Shown: in pieces, positions 36,418-48,182 of the stretch
How the letters are laid out: the number at the start of each line of letters is the position of its first letter
Numbering within the stretch: the first letter of the stretch is position 1
Assembly: GCF_006345805.1 (NCBI RefSeq)
Contig: NC_043002.1
Span: 25,048,001-25,112,000, forward strand
Length of the DNA: 64,000 bases
From: Octopus sinensis
Taxonomy: Eukaryota
Reading direction: 5' to 3'
The notes under the pieces: model-generated
Told to the model about the DNA's origin: nothing
The model's database searches: none
What the model saw: the letters and a program-made list of their open reading frames with translations, nothing else
Made by a program: the position numbers and the translations under genes

Positions 36418-37023
36418 ACATAAACAGGAAATGAGTTGCCACATCAAACTAGCAGCTGAATGTTGCCACTAGTTTAACCCCAAGCAGATTCTCTGCCAGC
36501 TGGTTTTCAGTGCAATGTTCTGCATCCTTTATATACAATATATTGCTAGCAGGGGAAGCAAACCCCTACTGACCTCCATCAGGAAACAGGATCACAGGAC
36601 TGATCCAGTTTTGAGCTAGTTGGCTCTTCTTGGATTTAATAGTGAGGAAGTCAAAATTAAATATTAGATATTCAAGCAGCCAAGTCATTTAATGTTTTTA
36701 GTCTTGGTTTAAATAATTGCGAGTGGAAGAATGAATATATAAATACCTAAATAATAATAATAAAAACTAAGATAAAAAATTCTAAGTATATTTTAAACAT
36801 CTTTTTCTTTATTTCTATTTTCCTTTAAATTTTACATACTGAAGAGTACAAATTCAACCTTTACGATGTCCATATGAAAATGTTGGTCCTTTTGTATGAA
36901 ACAATTGTCTGGGAATATGAAATATAAGGATAATCCATTTTAGCATTCATTCTGTTTTATTTCATTTATTTGATGAAATTTATTGAACTTCATTTAATAA
37001 ATTAAGTCTTATACTAATTATTT

Positions 37024-37068
<45 letters not shown>

Positions 37069-37486
37069 TACACACATGTGTATATATATTTATATATATA
37101 CACATCACACATACACACTTATATATCAATGTGACTAGTGAAATAGTAATGGCTGAAACCCAAAGAAACTTTGAAATTTCACCAATTTCACTGGATATAA
37201 ATATTTGGGTTATGGATGATCTATACTTCTGGATACAGATCTAACTCTGGCCACTAAAACAGAATATGAAGCATTATGTTGTAGCCAAGTTTTTCAGTCA
37301 TCAATGTCATCTTTGAGAGAGTGCAATGAAGAATCGATGGAGATCCAAGTTCACATTAAGGGCCAATAAAATAACCAAGCCAACTAAATGAAGGTTGATA
37401 GCTATTCTTTCTAGTCCTTATAGATATATGCACATACACACACATGTGTGTATATATAGTTTATACACTTCCCCTATTCTGCTTAC

Positions 37487-37552
37487 CTCGACAATCTTAA
37501 CGCTGGAATATTTCCAAAGGGTTGTCGGAGCTAACTCTAAAACTAGAATAAT
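37487..37552 (-). other. Candidate 66-nt exon (open phase 0/0: IILVLELAPTTLWKYSSVKIVE)
   Basis: Long (CT)n polypyrimidine tract plus CAG acceptor; donor GAG|GTAAGC. Confidence 0.45.
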
Positions 37553-37554
37553 CT

Positions 37555-37592
<38 letters not shown>

Positions 37593-37745
37593 AGGAAGGA
37601 GAAAAAGAAGGAAGGAGAGAAAGAAGAAGGGGAGAGAAGGAAGGGGAGAGAGAAGGAAGGGGAGGAGAGAGAAGGAAGGGGAGAGAGAGAGGAAGGAGGA
37701 AGGGAGGAGAGTGCAAGATGAAGAGCAACTGAGGAGAGAGAAAGA
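37553..37745. repeat. (GA)n / purine-rich low-complexity tract
   Basis: GAGA and GGAAGGA runs. Confidence 0.9.
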
Positions 37746-38136
37746 AGGAAAATGTGAAAGAGTAAGAAGAGTAAAGAAGAAATTACTGCTGCTGAAACAA
37801 TCCCAGAGTGAATAATGCTATTTCCATTAATCAAAAGATTGTTTCTACAGATTTAAATATAAAAAAATATTGGAACAAAGCTAAAAAAATAAATTAGGAA
37901 ACGTGTGTGTGTGTGTGTGTGTGTGCATATGGGTATCTGCACACACACACACACACACAGAATAGTTATATAAGTATTTTGTAGTTATATCAAGATATAT
38001 TTATGTGCAAAGTGATTAACAAGAGGGTTCAATAAAAGGATATATTATTGTTCTAAATGTGAAATGAATCACATTTAGAGCAATAATATATACATGCAAC
38101 GATATATAAATATAGCTAGTAATAATGGCTTCAAAA

Positions 38137-38320
38137 TTTAGCACAAGGCCAGCAATTTCGAGGAGTGGCTAAGTCAATTACATTAGCCCCAGTATTCAAA
38201 TGGTTCTTATTTTACCAACCCTGAAAGGATAAGACAAAATTAATGTCAATAGAATTTGAACTCAGATGGATGAAATGCCACTAAGCATTTTACCCAGCAT
38301 GCTAATGATTCTGCCAGCTC
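38137..38320 (-). mobile_element. SINE family 2
   Basis: TTTAGCACAAGGCCAGCAATTTC..CTTATTTTACCAACCCTGAAAGGAT..GAATTTGAACTCAG. Confidence 0.7.
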
Positions 38321-38624
38321 ACCACCTTAATATAACTAATAATAATAACAATAATATATATATTCATTCATTTCATTTTAATGTCCACTTTTCTATGCTT
38401 GCATGGGTCACACAGAATTTATTGACACAGATTTTCTATGGCTGGATGCCCTTCCTGTCAAGAATACTCACCTGTTTCCAAGCAAGGTAATATTTTCCCA
38501 TGACCAGACGTTCTCGCAGTACATTGAAAATTAATGTCAGTGCTTATATGACAGTGACAATTGTTTAGAACTACTCAGAATGTCAAGACAAGGAGACACG
38601 AACATGCAAACACTCCACATATAT

Positions 38625-38800
38625 ACATATATTGTACATACAACAGGCTTCTTTTAGTTTCTGTCAACCAAATCCACTCATAAGGATTCGGTCAGTCTGC
38701 AGCTATGGTAGAAAACACTTGCCCATGGTGCCATGCAGTGGGGACTGAACCTACAACCATACGATTAGGAAGAAAACTTCCTACCACACAGTCACATCTG
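38625..38800 (-). mobile_element. 5' half of SINE family 1
   Basis: CAGGCTTCTTTTAGTTTCTGTCAACCAAATCCACTCA..GGGACTGAACC. Confidence 0.75.
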
Positions 38801-39072
38801 CACATATATGTGTGCGCATGTGCACAAAAGTTGTGACTACCAGTGGTGTTCTGTCACTTCTGTCAACAAATTTTCTGCTCACATCATGCCTTTGAAGTAA
38901 TAGATCCTTTACTTGAGAAACAGGTAAGAGTTAGTAGCAGGAAGGACATCCAGCTGTAGAACAATGTTTCATTAAGATATTCATCTAACTCATACTAGCA
39001 TGGAAAACAGATGTAAAACAAACAGAAATATATGCATGCACAAACACACACACATGTATGTATATATGTATG

Positions 39073-39104
<32 letters not shown>

Positions 39105-40784
39105 CATGCATGCATTTCAATACATGGCTTGATTTTATTTTCAAGTGTCTGTTCATAGAAGCTGTAAAGTGGTAGGTAGAGGACATTCTAGAAAATTTAG
39201 TTCTTTCATTGACTTTTTTCCTACTCTGTCTTCGAAAAAGAAAGTGATGTGACAGACAAACAACAAATGGTTTCTAAAAAAAATAAAATAAAAAATTATT
39301 TGATTTCAAAGAGAACTGTGGTAGGTGAGAGAGAGATGAAGTGGGAGAGAGATCATTATATAGATTTTTAAGAAAATAATGTACAGCTAACAAACTGCAA
39401 TAGAAGAGAAAAAGTGGTATTTTATGTTTCATTGTTAGATAAATGAGAGATTTGTGGTTGCTGTTTCAAAGAATCATCTCAACAAAATTACTGCAAAGAT
39501 TTCTTTGCATCTTAAAGACTGTCTCTGGTGAAGAATGTGGGAGTAAGTTGAGCAGTTACAGAAAACAGACTTTAAGCTGACTAACACACAGCATCACAAC
39601 ATCACACAAATATTGAAATTTTGAAAAGTCAGTTAAGAATTAAGATTAAGGTATTTATTTAGTCCAGCAGAGAGGAACCTGCAGCAGCTTTTCAGTGCCT
39701 TGTGACCTTCTTAGAAGAAGTCTAGGTATTGCACTAAGAGAAGTACAATCATATTTATCATCGTCATCATTTTAATGATGATGTATTTTTCCATGCTTGC
39801 ATGGGTTGAACAGAGGTAGGTTTCCTGCACCTGGATGCCCTTCTTGTCAGCAACCTTCATCTGTTTACAAGCAAGGTAATAATTTCCCTTGGCCAGGTAT
39901 GTTTTTACAGAATACTGGAAGTGAATAGAATAACACTCCTTGTGTGACACTGACAATCATTTGCAATTATTAAATGATGTCAAGGCAAAGACACACACAC
40001 GTGATGGATTTCTTTCAGTTCCCATCTATCAAATCAACACAAAAAGCTTTGATTGTCCAAGGACATAGTACAGATATTGGGGAACTTTGTAAGCCAATTA
40101 CCCCAAAATCTATTTATTTACAGTGACATTACCTTGATATGAAATGAAGAAAATCAGATTTTTTTTTTTTTAATTCAAAAGGTTTATTGAATCTATTTAT
40201 AATGGAGAACACAATGATAAATGCAAAAAGTATAAAACAAACAAACAATAAAATAAATTAATATCCTCATTATGAAACAAAAGGATTTTTCTAGAAACCT
40301 TTTCACTTCAGGTTTTGGAGAAATGATGTTTCATTTTTGTTACAATTACATCAAAATTGAGGCATTTTGATGCCAGAACAATTTGGATACAGTCTTCGGG
40401 GTTGAATCAATTTTGTTAAAGGGTTGAATTGAATAACTACTTAAATCTACTTAAAATAAAACAAAAACACATGTCAAAATACAAGGTTAAGGCAAGTAAT
40501 AGACAACTGACAAATAATATCTGTTTAGTCACTAGACAATGCTTTAGCAACCAAATTGTTTGTAGTTCAAAATGGTGTGATGTCTAAACACATCCATTAC
40601 ATTGGATAGATGCAGTGTTGCCAGAAGAAAAATTTCTGTCATAACAAGGAACACGTTTTTTTTTTTTTTTTGTACAATTTTACTTGTCTAATGAGTCCTC
40701 ATTACCCTCAAAGAATTTATTTTTACCTCGTTGGGGCAATTTACCCTGGTTTGCCGACTCCCGCAATAGCAGAAAACATTTGTT

Positions 40785-41202
40785 GGATCTTTTCGGTTTG
40801 AACGGCAGTTTTTTCTAGCGGTATCATATGAAATTGTCACCCATAATTATGACCCTAGTATCGATCTATTGCATTTCAATCTGTTTTAGGGTTAGGGTTA
40901 GGGGTGGGGGGAAGGGTATCTTTTTTTCTTCAGAAATGTAAATAAACCCAATCTGTTTCTTAAATGAGGGACATATTCATACAGCACAGAATGTTTTCAC
41001 CTCAATAGACGTCATTGATTGGTTGAAATTGCAGAAATTGAAGAAAAAAAAACAACAAATATCTTACAAACTATAGAATTTTCTCAATAAAGCCAAGAGA
41101 AAAAGATGTTTTATAAACACATTCTACCAGTATACAAAGTTTAAAAGTGTTTAGTTACGTGGAAATTATTTTAAAAAACTGCAGTTCAAACCAAAAAGAT
41201 CC
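40785..41202. mobile_element. 418-bp MITE with 30-bp TIRs, perfect 8-bp TSD and internal (TTAGGG) repeats
   Basis: TIR GGATCTTTT(C/T)GGTTTGAAC(G/T)GCAGTTTTTT (28/30). TSD CATTTGTT at 40777-40784 and 41203-41210. TTTTAGGGTTAGGGTTAGGGG at about 40884-40904. Confidence 0.9.
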
Positions 41203-41861
41203 CATTTGTTTAAGCAGTGAATCTGAAACCACATGGTTGAGAAGCAAATTCTCCACACAGGCATAACTGCACCAACTATTATATTTATTCATCATCATCA
41301 TCATCATTTAACATCCATTTTCCATGCTAGCAAAGGTTGGACAGTTTTGACAGAAGCTGATTAGCTGAAGAGCTGCCCAGGCTCCATGACTGTTTTCGCA
41401 TGGCTTCTGTGATTCGATGCCCTTCTTAATGCCAACCACTTTTGCAGAGTGTAGTGGGTGCTTTTACCCAGCACCAGCAAGGGTACTTTTAAATGACAAA
41501 TTCTTAAAGAAGTTGTTTTACATTTTTACTCAGTTCTTAAAAATGGTTAGTTTGTATCTTACTTTAATACTTATAATCACACTTTAACGATATATATATA
41601 TATTCAAAGTTTGCTGCATATATAATAGAATTTTGTTTTATTCAACAGTCATGAGAGGGTTTTTTCAAGGTTGACCTGAGGTGATGACAGGTTGAGCTGA
41701 TAAATGAAAAGGTGTTCCTTGGACTGTGTGATGAAGTAACTGACAACATCTATGAATAATTAGCCGATTTTATTATTGCACATAGAGTTTAACTATGTTA
41801 GTCTTTTACAAATAATAAAAACAATAATTACATACTAGGAAAGAGTTTACAGCATGCTTAC

Positions 41862-41956
41862 AGATACTGCATTCTGTGGTTGGCCCATCATAACTGGAAA
41901 CTATTGTGGTGGTGGAGATTCCTGTTGACTATCTGCCATCTGTCTTAACCGCCTGG
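41862..41956 (-). other. Candidate 95-nt exon of an unidentified minus-strand transcript
   Basis: Acceptor GTTTTGTTCTTGCTACAG, donor TCT|GTAAGC. Best frame is RRLRQMADSQQESPPPQ*FPVMMGQPQNAVS. Confidence 0.4.
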
Positions 41957-42689
41957 CTGTAGCAAGAACAAAACACAACATACAGCAGCCTCAACATTCT
42001 GAAATTTATTTTAGCTGTCTGTATGGGCCATCGGGCAAGAGTGGAGACACATATCACTCAGTTGTCTTCCAACACTCTGCAAAGAGTTTGGGCACCAACA
42101 ATGGTTTTATATAGGGTACAAGTAACAGATTCAAGAAAATTGAATTATGCTGACTGACTGCATAACAGACCACATGAAACTACTGTGGTTTGCTCATGAT
42201 GTCTGATTAGTTACCTAGCAGTTCACTTTCAAATTAGCATACACTAATTCAATGACACCTTCAGTAGTCACTGAAACATATTTCACAATTGTCATTTGTT
42301 TATTTTCATGACTTGCTTGAAAATTGAAGATATTTCCAAGAATTGCTGGAGCAGGCAAACATTCTTCAGTTCAGTTGAGATGCACTATAACTACAATATA
42401 ACTGATGTTGTACCAAGCAGACTGAGGATCAAAAATGCACTCCTTACCCAGAGATGTACAATGTATGTTTATTCTAAAGAACAGATCGTTCGTACCATAA
42501 ACCCCATGTCTGTAGAAACCATTTTATGTCCTGTACCATAGAGTATCTTTGAAGATCTGCAAAAGTTGTTCACTAGAATTCATAGTATGAAAGAAGACTG
42601 AGAAAGAACTCATTTCTTCTCTGACAAAAGCACCCCACTGAAATCACTAAAATTTTCTTCTCATGACACACTTATTCCACATAGACATC

Positions 42690-42990
42690 CTGGACCACAT
42701 CCAGAGAATGGCCAATTAAATGAGTGGCATTAAATCACTAACAAATACACTTAATCCTCTGTTCTACAAATGTGCTCTCTCTCTCTGTCTTTACTATCAC
42801 TACTTTAATGGCATCCATTCTTCAGAACTGGCTAGTTTCATACTTCCTCTAGCCCCTGCCCACTTGCCTTTCACCTCGAGTCACCCTTGGTTCATCTATG
42901 ATCCCCAACAAACCATTATGCTCAATCTTTCTACCCTAAAACATGCCTTTGTGTCTATCAAAACTTTTCTACAAATTGTACCAAAGCTAT
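42690..42990 (+). mobile_element. Decayed LINE ORF2 C-terminus / 3' end
   Basis: LSLCLYYHYFNGIHSSELASFILP resembles the SLSLFYRYYxGxCSSELxSLxP C-terminal motif of LINE ORF2. Confidence 0.5.
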
Positions 42991-45289
42991 TTCCAAAGAA
43001 TTCTTGTTCCACAAAAAACAATTTCATTTGTTGTGGTGTCAGTGATTTGAGAAAGAACAGAAATTGTTGATAAAGACACGAAATAATAAGCAGCAGAACT
43101 TGTGGAAATTCTATGTTTTGAAAATGATTTTATTTCTATTTCATCATCATCATCATTTGATGTTCATTTGCTATGATGGCATAAGATGGATGGTTTGATA
43201 GGATCTGGCAAGTTGTATGGATGCACCATGCTCCAATGTCAGCTTAGGCTAGATGCCCTTCCTAAAGCCAACCATCTTACAGTGTGTAATGGGTCTTTGT
43301 CATGCTATTGGCACTAATGAGGTTCCTAAATAAGTTGTAAAACCAAAACAAAAACAGTAAATAGAAAAGCCCCCATGACCAAGTGGGGGGCAGGAAGATG
43401 CTGAGAGGCTAAAGCACAATAGAGTGACAAGTGCAGGTGTCTTAGATCTTCAAAGCATTGACATCACTATATCTTTGATGTCATTCCATAGGTAGATGTA
43501 ACATTCAAACCCATGTCATGACAAGTGAAATAATTCTATTGATAGATAGTTGGGTTACACAGATGCATCTTGTTTATAGACTCTAACACTATGCCAAGAG
43601 AGTAATTTATATATTGGTATTTTGGTCAGTATTCCAACTTCTACATACAAACTGGCCCATTAATGACCAGAAGAAATATAACAAGAGACATGTCTAAAAA
43701 TAAAACAAGATTCCAAACTGAGTGTGAAAGAGAATGAAAGGAGAAACTGAAAATAAACACACAAACACACAACTGAGGAAGGTTCCATTTCTGCCACTCT
43801 ATAACTGATACAGTTCTTTAGCCTCAGATCAGCCCTGATTTAGCAAAATTATGACCAAATGAATTGCAGCCATGACCAAGTTCTCCTTTTGTATATCAGG
43901 GACCACAATGTCCAATGTGTCCTTCCTTTTCTTTAAGGTAATGTGTGATCTGATTGAGATTTAGCTGATATTTCTAGCACCCCTGCCCATACCACCAACA
44001 CCACCTGCTTCTAAAAGAACAAATTGTCATAACCAGTATTGTGCTTAGTTTTCATTATCCCAGTTAATTTACATGTTAATAGGTGCCATAGTGAAGTACA
44101 ACCCCTTACTGTAGGTAACAGTGTCACAACTGACTGACAAACAGATTCGTTATCTTAAAAGTACTGGCGTCAAATACTGCCAAATCTACTCTTTCTATAC
44201 ATATGTATGTGTGCATGAATGCATATACGTATGTATATATGTATGTAAGTGTATATGTATGTATGCATGTGTGTATGTGTGTGCATATGCATGTATGCGT
44301 GTGTGTGAGTGAACAGAACTAAAATAAAAGACTTGCTTACTAAAATTAAATGCACACACACTTTAAGGTGGTTTTCAGGGACAGATTATGTGAGAACAAT
44401 GTAATATAACAGTAGTGTTGTTAATGTAAACTGTCGTCTGTAGCAACACCCAAACATACACACAACACAACACACACTCACAGCTGACTACCTTCCTTAC
44501 ACTTATTCAATCTGTAATCCTTTTAGTTTCTCTCACTAACCTACATCTATGTAAACCCACCCTCCCCACTTCATACCCTCTGTCTATTTTGCCCACCTCC
44601 ACACCAACCATTCTCTCTCTCCTTAATTCATCTCTGCCTTGGGTCCCTCTCCCCCACCCATTTCACACACACTATTAAACTATCATGGAAAAGTGAGTAA
44701 AGGAACTTGCTCAATAATATCCTGACTAAAATCTACAGACATGAACAAAGAGAAGTAGCAGGTGACAAAACATTTAGTGAAAGCAAACAAACATGAAAGG
44801 AGAGAAAAAGGGACTTCACACATACATACAGCAATACATGTACAGACACATGCACAGCAATGTGTAGACACAAACACACGCAATATATGCATACATACAG
44901 AGGCATAATAATATGCACAGAAATGTACACACATAGACAAAGAACGTGCATGCATGCCCACACACACACACATGAAAAACATGCAGACAAGTACACATAT
45001 ACAGTAATACATGCAGACTAGACACACACAGTAATACATATAGGCATACATACACACACACACAGTAGTATATAAAAATCACAGAGAGGTAAAAAGAATT
45101 TTGAATGCTTCTGAAGACTTCATTCAGTCTGCATCAACATGGCTTCCCAGTTACACTCCAGAATAAATATTAATTAGCTTGTTCAACCTAACTGAGATTT
45201 GTTATGTAGAACACCGTACACTGCAGTAAACATCCCAAGAAATTATTTCATGTAGACAACAAATGCCAAAAAATACAGACTTTGTCAGA

Positions 45290-45775
45290 TGATGAGGACA
45301 GCTGCATAAAGAAGTGCTGATCTCTAATTGTGGAGAGAACTTGTGGAATGGATAGACCCAGGACGACATAGGATGAAATGGTGAGAAAGGATCTTCAGAT
45401 GCTGGGTATCATTGAGGAGATAACAAGGAACTAAGACTTCTTGCGATTTGCAGTACTTGACAAGACATGTTAAGCTAATAAAATCATGACCATCCATACA
45501 TACAGGCATGTCCTTTATGGCCATGCCCTCACTCCTTCTCCCAGCTGAGAGGTCTTGCAGTGCCAGTACCATGTAAAATTCACTCATACTAACAGCACAT
45601 TAAAAGCACCCAGCATACTCTGTAAAGTGGTTGGTATTAGGAAGGGCATCGAACCATAGAAACCATGCCTAAACTGACAATTGGAGACTGGACAGCTCTC
45701 AGATTGGCCAGCTCCTGTCAACCCATCTAGCCCATTCCAGCATGGAAAACAGACATTAAACAATGTTGATGATAA
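45290..45775 (+). mobile_element. Older RTE subfamily 3' end
   Basis: Decayed DEDSCIKKC*SLIVERTCG..RPR..DEMVRKDL followed by the RTE 3' UTR and GAT tail. Confidence 0.7.
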
Positions 45776-46157
45776 TAACATTTTGTCAGTATTACAGGAT
45801 GGCACTGTTGTAATATGTGATTTCACAGTAAATTGTAGTTCACCAACAACAGGTAGCCAAACACTGAATGTCAGATCAAAAAATCAGTCAAACTGCTATA
45901 GTTTAACACTGGCTAAAGTTATTCATGTTGCAAACGGCTAGCTACTAGCAACAGAAGCTGCCTTTGTCACAAATATTAATTAGAATGAAGTTTTATATGC
46001 ACAATGTCAATAGTCTAGAAACAGCATCATCATTTAACATTCATTTTCCATGCTGGCATAGGTTGGACAGTTTGACAGGAGCTGGTCAACCAGGGAGCTG
46101 ACCAAACTCCAATTGTCTGTTTTGGCATGATTTCTACAGCTGGATGCCCTTCCTAAC

Positions 46158-46650
46158 AGAAGGTCAACATTTCCATCAAGTTTCTTATTGGTGTACTAGT
46201 GTGTTCTTTTAGAGGGGTGTCTGTCACTAGTTTTTCTTGTATCACCAATAGTGTTTCACCAGTTGGGACTTTGGTGAACAGACTTATTACATCTAGACTC
46301 ACCATCTCATTGGATTCAATGGGGTATCCTTAATCAATTCTGTGAAGTGGGAGGAATTCTTCACTTACAATGTTGACTTTCCTACTAATAGACTGATTAT
46401 ATCCACAAGGAAGCAGCTCAGGGATGACATGCTGAACCTCTACAGCTCACTATAGGTCTTAATGGAAAACCATCCTTGTGAATCTTAGGGAGACCATACA
46501 TCTGTGGTAGTTTGCTGTGGTGTTGAGTCAATTCTCTGTACTTCATTGGTGCAAAGTGATCCTTGTTCTAGATCAAGATCTATGACAACTTCCTCTCTGT
46601 TTTCAGAGTTGGGTCTCTCTTTTCTTTGCCGTAGCTACCATCACTTATAA
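46158..46650 (-). mobile_element. Penelope-like element (PLE) reverse transcriptase fragment, not in the ORF track
   Basis: Manual translation with stops and frameshifts: DPTLKTERKLS..PQMYGLPKIHKDGFPLRPIVSCRGSACHP..VKNSSHF..EMVSLDVISLFTKVP..LMEMLTFC. These are diagnostic PLE RT N-terminal motifs. Confidence 0.88.
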
Positions 46651-46984
46651 GACTTGTCTGGAAAAATGGAGAGTGGCTTGGTTTCTATGGTTGGGTGCCC
46701 TTCCTAAAGCCAACCACTCCACAGAGTGTATCAGGTGCCTTTGATGTGTCACTGGCACAGGTACCCTTTATGTGACAACTGACATGGATGCCACTTGAGT
46801 ATCACCAGCACAGATGCCTTTTACATGTCACTGGCACAGGCCACAATCATGATTTCATTTAGCTTCTGTGAATGTATTTTATCGCTATAGTCAAACCACT
46901 AATGTGGTTCTTCAACAATGGGAGTCCATAAAAATAATATGTAGAATGTGTATGTGGGTATTCATATATATATATATATATCAT

Positions 46985-47113
46985 TAGAAAGGGCATCCAG
47001 CTGTAGAAACCATGCCAAATCAGACTGGAACCTGGTGCAGCCTACAAGTTTACCAGTTCCAGTCAAACCATTTAATCCATGCCAGCATGGAAAGTGGACA
47101 TTAAATGATGATG
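46985..47113 (+). mobile_element. RTE 3' tail fragment
   Basis: AAGGGCATCCAGCTGTAGAAAC..CAGCATGGAAAGTGGACATTAAATGATGATG. Confidence 0.8.
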
Positions 47114-47130
47114 ATATATATGTATGTATA

Positions 47131-47522
47131 CTCTTTTACTTGTTTCAGTCATTTGACTGCGGCCATGCTGGAGCACCGCCTTTAGTCGAGCAAATTGACC
47201 CCAGGACTTATTCTTTGTAAGCTCAGTACTTATTCTATCGGTCTCTTTCGCCGAACTGCTAAGTGACGGGGACGTAAACACACCAGCATTGGTTGTCAAG
47301 CAATGCTAGGGGGACAAACACAGACACACACACACACACATATATATATACGTATATACGACAGGCTTCTTTCAGTTTCTGTCAACCAAATCCACTCACA
47401 AGGCATTGGTTGGCCCGGGGCTATAGCAGAAGACACTTGCCCAAGATGCCACACAGTGGGACTGAACCCAGAACCATGTGGTTGGTTAGCAAGCTACTTA
47501 CCACACAGCCACTCCTGTGCCT
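47131..47522 (-). mobile_element. Full-length SINE family 1
   Basis: Complete reverse-complement match including the head AGGCACAGGAGTGGCTGTGTGGTAAG. Confidence 0.92.
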
Positions 47523-47706
47523 ATATCATCATCATCATCATCATCATTTAGCGTCCGTTTTCCATGCTAGCATGGGTTGGACGGTTCAACTGGGGTCTGT
47601 GAAGCTGGAAGGCTTTATCAGGCCCAGTCAGATCTGGCAGTGTTTCTGGATGCCCTTCCTAACGCCAACCACTCCGTGAGTGTAGTGGGTGCTTTTTACG
47701 TGCCAC
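47523..47706 (-). mobile_element. RTE 3' tail fragment
   Basis: (CAT)n then TTTAGCGTCCGTTTTCCATGCTAGCATGGGTTGGACGG.., as at 34965. Confidence 0.85.
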
Positions 47707-47770
47707 GTGATTGAGTACTATCTGGTAATTGATATTTGATTTAGATGTATTTCTCCATTTTCTTATCTTG

Positions 47771-47801
<31 letters not shown>

Positions 47802-47809
47802 CACACAAA

Positions 47810-47854
<45 letters not shown>

Positions 47855-47869
47855 TTTGTGTCTATATAC

Positions 47870-48100
47870 ATATGAAGAACTCAAGCATCTCCCTGCATAT
47901 CTGGTGGGGAGAAGGCCCTGCAGCATAAGGAATGGCATCAATTGCTGAGGCTGATAATTCCAGCTGTTGAGGAGGAATAAGAGAAATAAAAGACCACATG
48001 AGAGGTGTCATTTCTCTGTTGCATCAAGTAGCTTCACCTGCAGTAGATGTCATCACTGCTGCAGATCAAAAGAAAGCCTGGTAGCCCATATGAGATCCTG
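47870..48100 (+). mobile_element. Decayed RTE/BovB-type LINE C-terminus with terminal zinc-finger motif
   Basis: ASSSFTCSRCHHCCRSKESLVAHMRSC* resembles the C-x2-C..H-x3-C terminus of BovB-type ORF2. Confidence 0.5.
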
Positions 48101-48182
48101 TTAGAGATGATTACTGAACAAGAACAGTTTAAATTGACTGACAACAGAGAGCAGAAGAAGAAGAAAGAATATATATATATAT

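Noticed and set aside
40884-40904. TTAGGG repeats as a chromosome end or fusion scar
   Set aside because: Only three units, and they lie inside a TIR/TSD-bounded MITE.
41920-41956. BH3-like motif (L)ARRLRQMADSQ formed if 42509-42448 splices to 41956
   Set aside because: Depends on an unverified junction, lacks the fourth hydrophobic residue, and short BH3-like patterns arise often by chance.
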